Shown: in pieces, positions 49,762 through 63,628 of the stretch
Layout: every line of letters begins with the position of its first letter
How positions within the stretch are numbered: position 1 is the stretch's first letter
From: Octopus vulgaris
Lineage: Eukaryota
Assembly: GCA_951406725.2 (NCBI GenBank)
Contig: OX597816.1
Location: 1,612,001-1,676,000, forward strand
Length of the DNA stretch: 64,000 nt
Direction: 5' to 3'
Notes under the pieces: generated by a model
Seen by the model: only the letters and a program-made list of their open reading frames with translations
Databases searched by the model: none
Told to the model about the DNA's origin: nothing
Program-made: the position numbers and the translations under genes

Positions 49762-50862
49762 GTAAATTTGAATGAAATATTTCATTAAATACCTAAAAAT
49801 TATTTCAAAAACCTAAACTGAAATCATAACAAAACAATGAAGATAGCCACAAATATTTATTGTTCCTTTATGTTTTTACAATAGAAAAGATAAACATTCC
49901 TTGACTGTTCACTTCTGATGATGGGCCATTCATCATCATCATCATCATCGTTTAGCGTCCGCTTTCCATGCTAGCATGGGTTGGACGATTTGACTGAGGG
50001 CTGGCGAACCAGATGGCTGCACCAGGCTCCAGTCTTGATCTGGCAGAGTTTCTACAGCTGGATGCCCTTCCTAACGCCAACCACTCCGAGAGTGTGGTGG
50101 GTGCTTTTTACATGCCACCGGCATGGGGGCCAGTCAGGCAGTATTGGCAATGATCTCGCTCGAATCTTTTTACACATGCCAACGGCACAGGTGACAGTAA
50201 GGCGACATTGGTAACGCTCATGCTCGAATGGTGCCCTTTTACATGCCACCGGCATGGAAGCCAGTTGGTTGCTCTGGCAACGATTATGCCCGAAATATAT
50301 GAAAAGGTGATGAAACTTCCTTTTTTCCCTTGTTAGAAAATCTCCATCCTTGTTATTTTACTTCTTTATCACAATGCTTCAAGCAGGCTCTTCATCAGAT
50401 AATCATTCTTATTTAGCAAGTTTTGCAATCCTTGCTAGCAAAAGGCTCGCTTCACTGTTGTTTTTTTTCAGTTCTTGACATGCAACATGTTCCACTGTTT
50501 GTCATTCAGGGAATTGGGGGATTATTCATTTGCTTGGAAACAAATGGAGGTTGGTGACAGGAAGGGCACCCCAGTCACACAAAACTTTGACCCATGGAAA
50601 AGCAGACATTAAACACAATGATGCTGCTGCTACCTATTGCATTCACATGTACTCTAGTGTACTCTGTCATGCAAATGTACTCGTTGTACTCTGCCATACA
50701 TAGTATTTACTTTACATTGCTATCCAGGATATCTAATACCCATTGTTTGAAAGATATTCCCGCATCGTGGCATGCAAAATATTCCTTTAACTCCTCATTG
50801 GTGTATTACAAAGTCAAAATGAACAGGATGTTAGCCACCACACAGGTTAAGACATAATAGAT

Positions 50863-51667
50863 TAGTGTTTCTTAAACTTTTTACTCTTGTGGAACCCTTG
50901 AAAAATATCCCATGTCTCAGACAACCTTCACATAAAAAGTATTCTGTATTCTTTTATTTATCTTCTTCTTTCCCTTCCATAAACTTCAATTTTCACAAAA
51001 GGATCATCCAAATCATTAAAATATCTGACCAAATCCCTATCAGTACCAAATCCCTATCAGTACCAAATCCCTATCAGTACCAAATCCCTATCGGTACCAA
51101 ATCCCTATCAGTACCAAATCCCTATCAGTACCAAATCCCTATCGGTACCAAATCCCTATCAGTACCAAATCCCTATCGGTACCAAATCCCTATCGGTACC
51201 AAATCCCTATCGGTACCAAATCCCTATCAGTACCAAATCCCTATCGGTACCAAATCCCTATCAGTACCAAATCCCTATCGGTACCAAATCCCTATCAGTA
51301 CCAAATCCCTATCAGTACCAAATCCCTATCAGCTGCCATAAAGAAAGTTTCAGAAATATTGTCTTAACTAAGACCTTGTTTTGACCAAATTCCTCTACAA
51401 AATCCCTATTAAAAAGTCAGTTTGCCTGTTTTTCTGTAGAGTCCCCTTACATATTCCAGAACTTCCCCATTTTAACAAATTTGTCAATTATGTAGAATAA
51501 GGAATCAGTGGCAAAATTTACTAAAGAATACATTTGCATATAATTAGCATATTTTATCCCTATACATTTGCATATAATTAACATATTTTATCCCTATATA
51601 TTGTGGAACCTTGAGAGAACACTTTCAGAACCTTTGAAATCTGTGGAATCCAGGCTGGGAAATATTG
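50863..51667. mobile_element. hAT-type non-autonomous element containing a minisatellite
   Basis: Termini TAGTGTTTCTTAAAC ... GCTGGGAAATATTG with 8-bp flanks taatagat / tgatagat. Confidence 0.65.
51028..51332. repeat. 17-bp minisatellite (accaaatccctatcRgt), about 18 copies
   Basis: Directly visible. It explains the 17-aa periodicity of ORF 50865..51341. Confidence 0.97.
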
Positions 51668-52135
51668 TGATAGATCAATGAAATTACTGTTTATTTTATC
51701 AGTTTTTGTTTTTTTAAACTGATTAGAGAGGAAAGGGCAGTGCCTCTGACCATTTTCTGAGTCTCTAAGACTCATGGGAGAAAGTTTTCTTGAGAATGAG
51801 ATCTAGGTATGGCCATGTGGTTGAGAAGTTTGCTTCCCAACCACATGGTTCTGGGTTCAGTCCCACTGCGTGTCACTTTGGACGAGTGTCTTCTACCATA
51901 GCCCGTGGCTAACCAAAGTCTTCGGAATAGATTTGGTAGACAAACTTCCTTCAGCTGGTGTTGGCGTGTTTATGTCCCCATAACTTTTGGGTTTGATTAA
52001 ATAAGTACCAGTCACGTACTGGTGTCAATATAACTGACTTGCCCCTCCCCTCAAAATTGTTGGTCTTTGTGCCAAAAATTACAAGAATTATTGTATTTGA
52101 TATATTTTATCACATTTTATTTTTTCCCTCCCCAG

Positions 52136-52269
52136 TTGATTCGTGCGACAAACATAATTTTTTCAAGTCTTCGTTTCATGAAATCTTTGGAGGAAGAAAC
52201 CCTGGAACCAGAAGTTTTCCATTTGAATCCGAAAAAGAGTGACACGGAGATGTTTCGAAAAGTTGTCAG
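52136..52269 (+). CDS. CPT2: CPT2 exon 6 (LIRATNIIFSSLRFMKSLEEETLEPEVFHLNPKKSDTEMFRKVV)
   Basis: LEPEVFHLNP-KSDT motif. Acceptor ccccag, donor AG|gtggga. Confidence 0.95.
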
Positions 52270-52628
52270 GTGGGACTTTCTTGTGAAATCTTCAAAAAAT
52301 ATAATAAATACCTTCCAACTCTAAGCCAGTGTGGTTAAGAAACTTGCTTTGTAACCAGGGGCAAGTGCCTCCTGCTATAACCTTGGGCCAACGAGGGCTT
52401 TGTGAGTGGATTTGGAAGATGGAAACTATATGGAAGACCATTGTGTGTGTATATGTATGCATGTGTGTGTGTGTGTGTGTGTGTGTGTCACACAGATGCT
52501 GTTCACCCAGTAGTAACAAAGTCTCTACCCACATCAACAAAATGTCGAGCAAGCATGGCAGAGTTTATGCAGTAAGATCCCTCATTCGAACAAATAAGGT
52601 TTGGTGTCTGGGAGGGGATCCAGTTGTT

Positions 52629-52629
<1 letters not shown>

Positions 52630-52660
<31 letters not shown>

Positions 52661-55290
52661 GTGATGTCTATTTTCTATGCTGGCATGGGTTGGATGGATT
52701 AACAGGAGGTGGCCACCTAGAGAGCTGCCTGAGATCCATTTTGTCTGTTTTGGCAGTTTCTGTGGCTGGATGCCCTTTCTAATGCCAACCACTTTATAGA
52801 ATGTACTGGCTGCTTTTTACATGGCACCAGCACCCACAAGCCTACAAAACTAGGGCCTCTCAGTTGAGAGAGGGACATAGAGAACATGGCTGTATGGCCA
52901 GCACTTTACTTAGCTTGATGTGTCTTCTCAAACACACCAGGCCACTGGAAGTTTGGTCCTTTGTTAATCCCCTCAGTGAAGCCCAGTATCTGAAGTTCCT
53001 TTCTCGTCGCTTCATCTCACGTCTTCCTGGGTCCATCCCCTTCCTCACATTCCCTCCACAATTACAGATCATCACCTCTTCATACAGCTCTCCTCATCCA
53101 TATGCATCACCTTAACCAAACAGGTGGAGTCTTCTCCCTTTTAACACAACATCTGATACCTCTTATACCCAGTTTATCTCTCAAATCACTTACACTCTGT
53201 CGTATATGCACATTGACATTACCCATCCAGTGGAGCATACTGGCTTCATTTCTTTCAAGCCTTTGCATGTCCCCAGCAATCACAGCCCATGTTTCACTGC
53301 CATAGCAGCATAGCTGTTCGTACACAGGCGTTGTACAATCTGCCTTTCACTCTGAGGGAGAGGCCCTTTGTTACTTTGTCCATTCTTATTCTAGCAGCTA
53401 CACTTTAGAACTACCTCCTCCACTGCTAACTTGGCTGCTTAAGTAATGGAAACTGTCCACTACTTGTAAGGGTCCCCTTGGACATTCGAGGGAGTCTATT
53501 TTCTGTCCATTCCTGGCCGTTTAATGTCCCTGCACATCTGCCAAATGTAAAGACAACTTTCTCTGTCAGTCTTCCAGTGATACCACTGCACCTCTTAGGT
53601 GGCCATAGCTTGCACTCGGTACAATTTATGGAATTTCTCCCAACACCTTTTCTACATATCGAACAGGGCCATCTCCCAGAAGGGATCAGTCATTTGTCTG
53701 TTTTCCTACTTCTTAGAACTTTTGTCTTTGCTAAATTAACTCTAAGGTCCTTTGATTTCAGACCTTGCTTTCACACCTGAAATTTCTTTGCTAGTTCTAG
53801 TAGTGATTCAGCAATAAGAACAAGGTCATCAGCATAGAGGAGCTCCCAAGGGCAGCCCAACTTAAATTTGACTATTATAGCTTGGAGGACTATGATAAAC
53901 AAGAAGGGGCTGAGAACCAATCCTTGGTGAATTCCAACCTGTACATTAAATTTCTTGTTATATTTATTGCTGACTTTCACCTTACTGACATGGCTTGTAC
54001 AACTCTCACCAACTACTCATCTATCCCTATCTTCCACATTGCCCTGCAAAGAAAGGAGTAAGGGACCCTGTCAAAGGCTTCTCCATGTCAACAAAAGCCC
54101 AAATACAGAGGTTTATTTTTGGCTAAATATTTCTCCTGCAGTTACCTAACCAGGAATAGAGCATCAATGCTGCTTCTCCCGGACACAAAACCAAACTGCA
54201 TCTCATCTCAGCTAACTCTCTTCCTAATTAATTGAGTGGTGACCCTTTCTGGAACTTTCATCATGTGGTCCAGCAATTTGATACCTCTGTAATTATTTCT
54301 GAGGCATCAATTTTACCTTTATGACAGTTCACTACAATTCTGCGATACCAGTCATCGAACATGACTCCCTCATGGACAGCCTGGTTAACTATGCGGGTGG
54401 CTAGACTATAACCCACTCCACCAGATATTTTAAGCTTCTCAGCAGTGATGGGCCAGGGGCTTTTCCTTAATTGTTTATTCTACTAAGCTACTACCAATCT
54501 GAATAACCAGTCCTTCTGTTAGGGCCATGTTGGCTAGGCTCCCCTTCTCCCATGCATTCTCTGTATTTAGCAACCTTTCGTTGTGGCACTTCCAAGCCTC
54601 CTTCTTTGCAGAATTACTAACCTCAAGGGAGCCATCATCCATGTGAACACACTTCTCTCCCACAACATCACAATTTTCCTTGACACATTATGTTGCAATC
54701 TGAAACATCTCAAGACCCTGGTCCTTACATTGCACAACATTAGCAAACTTCTTTTCTGCTTCTGCCCTGGCTGAGTATACCTGTCTCCTAGCCTTCCTTC
54801 TAGCTACCTGATATAATTCTCTTCCAGTCCTTCCAGTCCTGTTTCTTCACAGCCCTGTCTGCTACGTTGTTCCACCACCACATCACCCTAGCTCGAGTTG
54901 AGACTTTGCACCAGCCACAGCTTTGCTCTGTGGCACTCAGTAAGTTGTCTTGTAGGGACTTCCAGTTGCCCCCTATGTTGCATGTCTATAACTCCACCTT
55001 CTTGTTAAATGTTTCAATTAGGGTCTTTCTAAATCCCTCACTCTTCCCAGGGTCCTTAAGCTTCCAAATACCTCTTTTCCAGACTGGTCTGCTTCTTGGA
55101 TCCTTCTAGCCTCAAGTCTGAAGTCACTAAGGACTCACCTATGCTGGGGGGAGTGCATTCTTCATTTGTCAGCAACCCTGCATCTCACTTTCTGGTGAGA
55201 ATGTTGTCAATGTGGCGAGCATGGCCACCCGGTTGATAGCTTGTCAAGTGACTGGCTGCTTTCCTGAAGTTGGTGTTGTCAACCATTAGC
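52630..55290 (-). mobile_element. Older, degenerate copy of the same RTE LINE (CPT2 intron 6)
   Basis: Fragments GCPWELLYADDLVLIAESL, GEKCVHMDDGSL and YGSETWAV...RNEASML, with a (ATC)n tail near 52630-52660. Confidence 0.88.
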
Positions 55291-56672
55291 AGCACCAACT
55301 TCAATTATTACCGTCACTGCCGCTACCACCACCGCCGCCGCCGCCACCACCACCACCACCATGTATATGGTGGTGGTGGTGAATAAGCAACGACTATTCA
55401 CACTGTGGAGTAATGCGAGTTCTCAGTGAAGCAGCTTAGTCTCCACTCCCAGTGGCAACTATTTCGCTTCACATATTTTACATATCCTTTTTGAATAGTG
55501 TTTTCACTGTAGCAGCAGCAGCAGCAGTTTTACCAGTTGTGGTTGTTGTTAGGTGGCTTTTTTCAAGCCTGTTCTATGTAACCCATAAAAGCCCTCAATG
55601 ACTCAGCAGAGCCAAGAAACCCGTCCCCCCCTCCTCTTCCTCCTCCTCCTCCTCCTCCCCCTCCGCCGCCGTGTCACCTTCAACACAATGGACTTATTCA
55701 AACTCATACAAAACTCTGAATTAAACAGTCATGCTTCCAACAACCGAACGCTCACACCTAACCTGATCGTGTCAAAACCACATTACTCACTTCTAACATT
55801 TCTCTTTCTTTTTTAACTGGTTTCAGTCACACTGTGGCCATACTGGAGCACTGATTTCACAGTTTTACTTGATTTCATTAAGACTTGTACTTCTGTACTT
55901 TTCACTGGTGGTGTTGGTGACCAAAATCCCTCACATCCCAAGAGCTAAGTTCAGTAAAAAAAACAAACAAACAGTAAAGAACAATAAAAGTTGAAGAGTT
56001 TCCTTCTTTGTCTTTCGAAATGGTTTCCTCATTCGATGGTTGATGGGATCAAAGTAGATCGAATGAATTTCATTAGCTTTTAGTCATGGTTTTGGCTCAA
56101 AGTTTATTAATTTGCATCTCTTAATGCTAATTAATTATTACGAGCCATGAGTGCAGGTGGGCCTTTGTGGTTGGACAGTTGGCTTCCCACTCATATGGTC
56201 CTGGGTTCAATCCCACTCTGTGACACCTTGGGCATGTGTCTTCTGCTACATCTTCAGACCAAGCACAGTCTTGGGAGTGGATTTGGTAGACAGAAACTGA
56301 AAGAAGTCTATCATATATATAGATATATATATGTATATATATATGTATGTATATATGTATGTATGTGTGTGAGTAAGAGAGAGCATGTGTAGGCCTGTTT
56401 GTGTGTCTCCTTCTCATGATATCTTGTGATAGTTGTAAACGAGTGTCACTGTCATACAAGCAGGGTCGTTCATTTCCAATATTCTGCAGAAACATGTCTG
56501 GCCACGAAGAAATCAAGTGACAGTTGCTTATAGCAAGGGCATCTGGCCATAGGAATTCTACTTCAATAAGCTCTGTTCAGTCCATCCCAGCATGGAAAAG
56601 TGGACCCTTAAAAGGTTGACAATGGCTACTCTTACCATTATTATTTTGTTTTATAAAATTCCCAATTTAAAT

Positions 56673-56913
56673 CCGTGTTTCTCAACCCCCTTTCTTTCCT
56701 GTGGACCCCTTACTCTACTGGACCCTCATAACCATTCCATGTTTACAAAATCCTATTTTTATACTTAAATATTCTTAGAAATTGTATAAAAAGGATTTGT
56801 TTGAATATTTTGTGCGTTTTAGAAGTGGAACCAATTTAGTGCAGATAAACTTTAACAGCAAAATCTTACATGGAGCCCCTAAGGGCCACATGAACCTCAG
56901 TTGAGAAACAGTG
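56673..56913. mobile_element. hAT-type MITE
   Basis: CCGTGTTTCTCAAC ... GTTGAGAAACAGTG termini with degenerate 8-bp TSD atttaaat / gtttaaag. Confidence 0.65.
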
Positions 56914-57090
56914 GTTTAAAGTGTATTATCTTTTTAATCCTAATCCTCTCTATGGCATTTTACCTTTCTAAACCTTACTTGTTACTTTTAAGAACCCCCC
57001 CCCCCGAAATTGCTGTTTATATTTTTGAATATTTTCCATAAATGAAGCGAATTGCATCCAATTGATTCGTTTGTTTGTCTTTTTGGCCAG

Positions 57091-57195
57091 GTGGCTTCCA
57101 GAGGCTGTGTCATGGTATGGGGCTTTCATGTACAAAGCTTATCCTTTGGACATGAGTCAATACAAAAGACTGTTCAAGTCGACCAGAATTCCCAA
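57091..57195 (+). CDS. CPT2: CPT2 exon 7 (WLPEAVSWYGAFMYKAYPLDMSQYKRLFKSTRIP)
   Basis: SWYGA and AYPLDMSQY motifs. Acceptor ggccag, donor AA|gtaagt. Confidence 0.95.
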
Positions 57196-57448
57196 GTAAG
57201 TTCAGTGTCTGTGTGTCCTTCTCTGGGTGTGATTATGGGTGTGGAGGGGGTGGGGGACGGGCAAGTGTCCTGTGCTATGTCTCCAGGCCAATCGAAGCCA
57301 TGTGAATGAAAGAAACTCATCGTACACAAACACACACACACACGTCTGTGTGCAGGTATCCTACCAGAGATCTCAGTTGACCAAAGCCTTATGAGGGAAT
57401 TTGAGAGAAGATGGAAAGGAACTTCTCACACACTCTCATGTTTACACA

Positions 57449-57485
<37 letters not shown>

Positions 57486-58329
57486 ATGTGTTTGTGCACT
57501 ATGAAAGTTGTGAGGTACAAGCAGTATTGTTGTTGTTGTTGTTGTCACCAAACCATTCGCTCTCTTCATGTCTTCAATGGTGTGTGAAATCATGATAGAA
57601 AGTCCATTCAGCTATGAAATGAGGGGTGAAAAACTTTGTCAAGCTGTAATTAATCAGAGGGGCACACATCAGCGTTTCTGTTCTAATATAAGAACAACCT
57701 GTTGTTAGGGGCTCTGAAGGGCCGCTCAGTGTCTGTGGCTGATGACATACAACTATTCAAAGCTGCATGGGCCCTTGTACTCCAGATGGCCCAATGATGT
57801 CTTTTCACTCATGTTGTCTCGTCATCATTGTCATCATCATTTACTAACCATTTTCCATGCTGGCATGGGTTAGAGAGTTTAAGAAGAACTGGCAAGCCAG
57901 CAGATTGCCCAGGCTCCATTCATCTGTTTGGCAGGGTTTCTATGGCTGGATGCCCTTTCTAATGCCGACCACTTTACAGAATGTACCAAATGCTTTGTAT
58001 GTGGTGCTGGCACAGGTGTCTTTTAATGTGGCACCTACATGGATGCTTCTTATGTGGCACTGCCACAGGTACTTTTTAATGTAGCACTGGCACGGAGGCT
58101 TTATACATGGTGCCACCTCAAGTGCTTTTTATGTGACGCCAACACGCTTGCTTTTTACATTGTCTCAAAGGAGAATTTTTCTCTTGAGACAGTTTCTGCA
58201 GCATTTGTCTTTCCGTGTTTGAATGCACACAAATATAAAAATAATAATAATAATGAAATTATTGTATACAGTGCTCAGGTGCACCACAACTTGTCAGAAA
58301 GTGCGTATAAAATATATGCAGGAATGTAA

Positions 58330-59010
58330 AAATGTCTGGAAAGCGAACAATGTATGAGTCAGATAGATGCTTGTGTGTGTATGGAGGGGAGGAAATCAGG
58401 TGTAGTGTTAGCGAATCTCAGAAAGCATGGAAGTTTTGAAGGATGCAGTGCTCCGACAACTAACAACTGATGCCGGCAGTTTGTTCCATGCTTGTGTGTG
58501 TATGGAGGGGAGGAAATCAGGTGTAGTGTTAGCGAATCTCAGGAAGCATGGAAGTTCTGAAGGATGCAGTGCTCCGACAAATAACAACTGATGCTGGCAG
58601 TTTGTTCCATGCTTGTGTGTGTATGGAGGGGAGGAAATCAGGTGTAGTGTTAGCGATCTCAGGAAGCATGGAAGTTTTGAAGGATGCAGTGCTCCGACAA
58701 CTAACAACTGATGCCGGCAGTTTGTTACATGCTTGTGTGTGTATGGAGGGGAGAAAATCAGGTGTAGTGTTGGCGAATCTCAGGAAGCATGGAAGTTCTG
58801 AAGGATGCAGTGCTCCGACAAATAACAACTGATGCCGGCAGTTTGTTCCATGCTTCAGCAACTCTCAGTGTGAAAAAAATGTTTCCTAAAGTCATGGAAG
58901 GAGCTGTGCTGTTTTCTGACTTTGTAAATATGTCCACAGGTGTTAGATGAGTGGAGTTTGAGAAGCTGCTCAGAGTTATTGTTTGTAACATGGTTGATAA
59001 TTTTATGGGT
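58330..59010 (-). mobile_element. CR1/L2-like LINE 3' end with tandemly amplified terminus
   Basis: FFTLRVAEAWNKLPASVV...SFKTSML is the typical C-terminal motif of CR1/L2 ORF2. Confidence 0.75.
58367..58854. repeat. Tandem repeat, 4 x about 121 bp
   Basis: Unit atgcttgtgtgtgtatggagggg...gtttgttcc starts at 58367, 58488, 58609 and 58729. Confidence 0.95.
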
Positions 59011-59307
59011 GTCTGCCAAGTCATAAACATGACTGAACAAACCCAAAATAACACAAGCATTTTAATGATTTTATTGGTTTTTACTTTTATAAATGTTTAT
59101 ATAAAATATTTCATCCATCATCATTTGTCCAACAAAATGTGTTATATTAGATTATCAAGCCTGGATTAAATACTTAATCCCCTCTCAGACTTACCTTTGA
59201 TTCCTTATTCTAAGTGACTGGACGCAACCCCTTTTCAGCTTGTCCCCACCCCCACCCGCAATGTTTATTTATTCATTTATTTATTTCCATTTCTCATCTT
59301 TAAACAG

Positions 59308-59405
59308 GAAAAGTAGAGACGAACTCTATTCGAATCCCTCCAGTCGTCATTTACTCGTATTACACAAGGGTCACCTGTACTCGTTTGATGTCTTAAACTC
59401 AGATG
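59308..59405 (+). CDS. CPT2: CPT2 exon 8 (KSRDELYSNPSSRHLLVLHKGHLYSFDVLNSD)
   Basis: RDEL...RHLLVL-KG motif. Acceptor aaacag, donor G|gtgaga. Confidence 0.94.
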
Positions 59406-59529
59406 GTGAGACATTAATTAATTTTTTATATTCATTATATCATCATCCTCATCATTTAATGTCCATCTTCCATACTGGCATGGCTGGGCCAGAGCTGGTC
59501 AGCCAGAGGACTGCGTTAAGTTCTACTGT

Positions 59530-59918
59530 TATTCTTTTACTTGTTTCATTCATTTGACTGCGGCCATGCTGGAGCTCCGCCTTTAGTCGAACAAATCAAC
59601 CCCAGGACTTATTCTTTATAAGCCTTGGTCTCTTTTGTCAAACTGCTAAGTTATGGGGAAGTGAACGCACCAGCATCGGTTGTCAAGCGATGGTGGTGGG
59701 GGGGACAAACACAGACACACAAACATACACACACACATGCACACACACATATATATACGATGGGCTTCTTTTAGTTTCTGTCTACCAAATCCACTCACAA
59801 GGCTTTGGTCGGCCCAAGGCTATAGTAGAAGACATTTGCCCAAGGTGCCACCCAGTGGGACTGAACCCGGAACCATGTGGTTGGTAAGCAAGCTACTTAC
59901 CACACAGCCACTCCTGCA
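59530..59918 (-). mobile_element. Near full-length copy of the same tRNA-derived SINE (other copies at about 565-915, 5905-6190, 14765-15080, 38825-39175)
   Basis: Same head, core, internal CA/TA repeat and tail in reverse orientation. Confidence 0.8.
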
Positions 59919-60960
59919 CCTACGTCGTCTTTGGCTTAATTTTTATACCTGGAGGCCCTTTCCAATGCCAACCATTTTTCATGCTTTTTACGGGACACTA
60001 GCACCGGTATGGTCACCATGTATATACACCCACATGTACACATGCATACATGCTATCACAAGTGTCTGATGACCAGCGATGTGAAACGCTGAATAATAGT
60101 CTGCGATTTTTGATTTCAGTAAAACAATATTTTACTCTACCCTTGGCATAATAAATTTTTTAATCTTTTAGTCAAGACGGACAGGAAGGGGTCCTGATTC
60201 TTTTATGTGGTCACTGCCAAGACTTGTGGGTGGAATGAAGTTATGAAGAAGTGCCAATCTCTGATTGTGGAGGGAACCTGTGGAAGAGGTAGACCCAGGA
60301 AGACATGGGACCAGGTGGTGAGACATGATCTTTGAGCATTGGACCTTACAGAGGAGGCAGTGAGTGAGACCTTTAGTGATATGCTGTGCTCAAGAAGACC
60401 CATCACGCTAAGTGAAATCGTGGTTGTGGCTGGTGCCAGTGTCACATAACTGGTGCCTCTTTGAAGCGTTGGGCTTCACAAAGGCATTGAGGCTGATGCT
60501 GGTGTCGTGTACATGGCACCTGTGTCGGTGGCACGCAAAAAACGCTCATCAAGTGTTGGGCTTCACAGTGCAATGTGGCTGATGCCTGTGTTGTGTAACT
60601 GGCACCTGTGCCGCCAGCATGTAAAGAGCACCTTTCGGGTAGTGGGCCTCGTGGAGGCAATGAGAAACGACTGAGACCTTTGGTAATTTTGGCCATACTT
60701 GAGAAGGAAGATCCATCAAACCAGGTGAAATTGTAGTCATGGCAGATACTGGTGTCACACAACTGGCACCTGTGCTGGAGCCACGTTAAAGCACCTGTTA
60801 CATCCTTGGAGTGATTGGTATTATGAAGGGCATCCAGCCATAGAAACCATGCCAAATCAGACTGGAGTCTGTTGCAGCCCCTCAGCTTACCAGCCCTGGT
60901 CAAACCGTCCAACTCATGTCAGCATGGACAATGGATGTTAAATGATGATGATGATGATGA

Positions 60961-61000
<40 letters not shown>

Positions 61001-61389
61001 TTGGAAAAGGATGCGTGATGCATATATACATACATATATGTACATACCTACATATGTTTTCTCATTGTGTCTACGTTTTTTGATGTCCTGTACCCATATA
61101 TGCATGTATATCATCATCATCATCATCATCATCGTTTAACGTCCGCTTTCCATGCTAGCATGGGTTGGACGGTTCAACTGGGGTCTGGCAAGTCCGAAGG
61201 CTGCACCAGGCCAGTAAGATCTGGCAGTGTTTCTACAGCTGGATGCCCTTCCTAACGCCAACCACTCCGAGAGTGTGGTGGGTGATTTTATGTGCCACCG
61301 ACACAGGTGTCAGACGAGGCTGGCAGACGGTCACGCTCGGATGGTGTTTTTTTTATGTGCCACCGACACAGGTGCCAGACGAGGCTGGC

Positions 61390-61424
<35 letters not shown>

Positions 61425-61472
61425 GGTATGTACGTATATGTATGTATATATGCATATATTTATATATCATTT

Positions 61473-61514
<42 letters not shown>

Positions 61515-61530
61515 CATAGATATGACTATG

Positions 61531-61688
61531 GGTGCAGGAGTGGCTGTGTGGTTGAGAAGTTTGCTTCCCAACCACATTATTTGGGGTTCAGTCCCACAGT
61601 ATAGCATATTGAGCAAGTGTCTTCTACTATAGCGCCAAGCAAAGCCTTGTGAGTGGATTTGGTAGTTGGAAACTGAAAGAAGCTCATC

Positions 61689-61723
<35 letters not shown>

Positions 61724-61950
61724 TTTGTCTTGACAACATTGTAAATGAATGTTATCAATTTCCAAAATGCAAAAACATGTCAGACCATGGAGAAATATCA
61801 CCTTACTTGGAAACACTTGAGGGTTGGCTACAGGAAGGGCATCCAGCCCTAGAAAATCTGCCTCAGTAAACTCCATCTCCTCCATGCAAGCATGGGAAAG
61901 TGAACTTCAAAAGGATGATGATTATGATTATGAGGATGATGATGATGATG
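61531..61950 (+). mobile_element. tRNA-derived SINE variant ending in the RTE-LINE 3' tail (also at about 44030-44530, 49130-49570, 56150-56620)
   Basis: tRNA head + core + (TG)n, then GGTTGGC..AGGAAGGGCATCCAGC...CCATGCAAGCATGG...(GAT)n. Confidence 0.72.
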
Positions 61951-62046
61951 ATATACGTGCAATTGTTTTAATGTGTGCTTTTCCTTTTTTTCTTATATTT
62001 AAATGTGGTGACAGTGTGGATATAACACTTGAATTTGGTTTTCCAG

Positions 62047-62193
62047 GCAACATCAAACCAGCTGAGGAAATCCTGGCTCATCTAAAATACATCTGCAATA
62101 ATCCTCGCCCTGTTGCAGATTACCCGGTCGCTCAGATGACAACCGAGAACAGAGATGTTTGGGCTGATGTTCGACAGCATTTTATAGAAACAG
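62047..62193 (+). CDS. CPT2: CPT2 exon 9 (NIKPAEEILAHLKYI...TTENRDVWADVRQHFIET)
   Basis: AHLKYI and ENRD-WA motifs. Acceptor ttccag, donor G|gtaatg. Confidence 0.95.
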
Positions 62194-63183
62194 GTAATGG
62201 TACTCTTGTTGTTGGTGTTGTTGTTAATTAAATAATGGCTTTATAACACCAAAGATCCACTTCTCATTCTTATTTATTTCTCCAATTTCTTATCGTCTTT
62301 ATATATATATAGTGAGAATTTACAGACGAAGACAGGTGTGTAAACAACAAACAGGTGTATTAGTTTAACGCTCAGGAAGTAAGAAAGTCTTTAACGTTTC
62401 GAGCCTATGCTCTTCAACAGAAGGGAACACAGAAATAAGCAAAGAGAGAAAATTAAAAAAAGGTTTAGTGGCTAACGATCTATCATGGCAAACATTTATA
62501 TAATAAATGCAGAGTTGGGTTTGTGGTTAAGTGTGCTTCGCCACTCTGTGGTTCCTTGGATGTCTTCTTCTATCAACCCAAGTGAGACAGAATGTTGTGA
62601 GTGGATCTGGCAGATGGAAACTAAAAAAAATGCTGTTTATCATGTGTGTGTGTGTCTGTGTGTCCTCTGTGTATTTCAAGCTCCAAACAGTGATGTCGTT
62701 ATTTCTCCTGCTTTTGTTCTTTTAAAATATGGGAAATGAGACATCTCTTACCTGGAAGACAAGCACTGGTCTGTTTTAGGAAAGGCATTGGTTGTGAAGC
62801 AATGCCTCCCTAATAGTCCCCTAACCCATGCTAGCATAGAAAAACAGACATAAAAACCAAGTTGCATGTATTTTGGGTGTTTTGTCTTTTATTTCTTTAT
62901 CTCTATTCCAAATTACTCCAAATTAGCTGTAATCATTTGATTTCTGTGTTTAATTTCAGTCTTCATATTTGGGATTAATATTTATACCTGGAAAGGCATG
63001 ATTACCCTCTCATTGCATTCATTATCTCAACTTGAATTTTTCTTACGAGTTTTGTAGTCTCTGCTCTTCAGGTTACATAATCCACTGCATTCAGATATAT
63101 TCATCAACACACACACATGCACTAGAACAGATTAAACACCTTCATAATTGCACTCATATATTTATCAACACACACACACACAT

Positions 63184-63218
<35 letters not shown>

Positions 63219-63628
63219 CATATATACACAAACACACACTCATACATTCAGGGTGGACTTCTTTCTGTTTCTGTCTACCAAAGCCACTCACAAAGCTTTG
63301 GTTAATAGTAGATGACACTTGCTTAAGGTGCCACACAGTGGGACTGAACCTGGAACCATGTAGTTGGGAAGCAAGCCTCTTATCACAAAGACACTCCTGT
63401 TGTTATTTGGATTTGATTTTCACTTCCTCCCTCTTAAGATCTCAAAATCCATTCCAGTTGTTTCCAACTGATAAAGCATTCATTTACATTTACTCAACAA
63501 CTCAAGTGTTTTGTTTAGACATTGGTCCCCAAAATGAAAACATTCACATCCCCACCACCACCGCCACCACAAAAACCATCATCATCATCACCATCATCTT
63601 ATACATTATACATTATACATTATTCCAG

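Noticed and set aside
50865-51341. 158-aa repetitive ORF
   Set aside because: Product of the 17-bp minisatellite.
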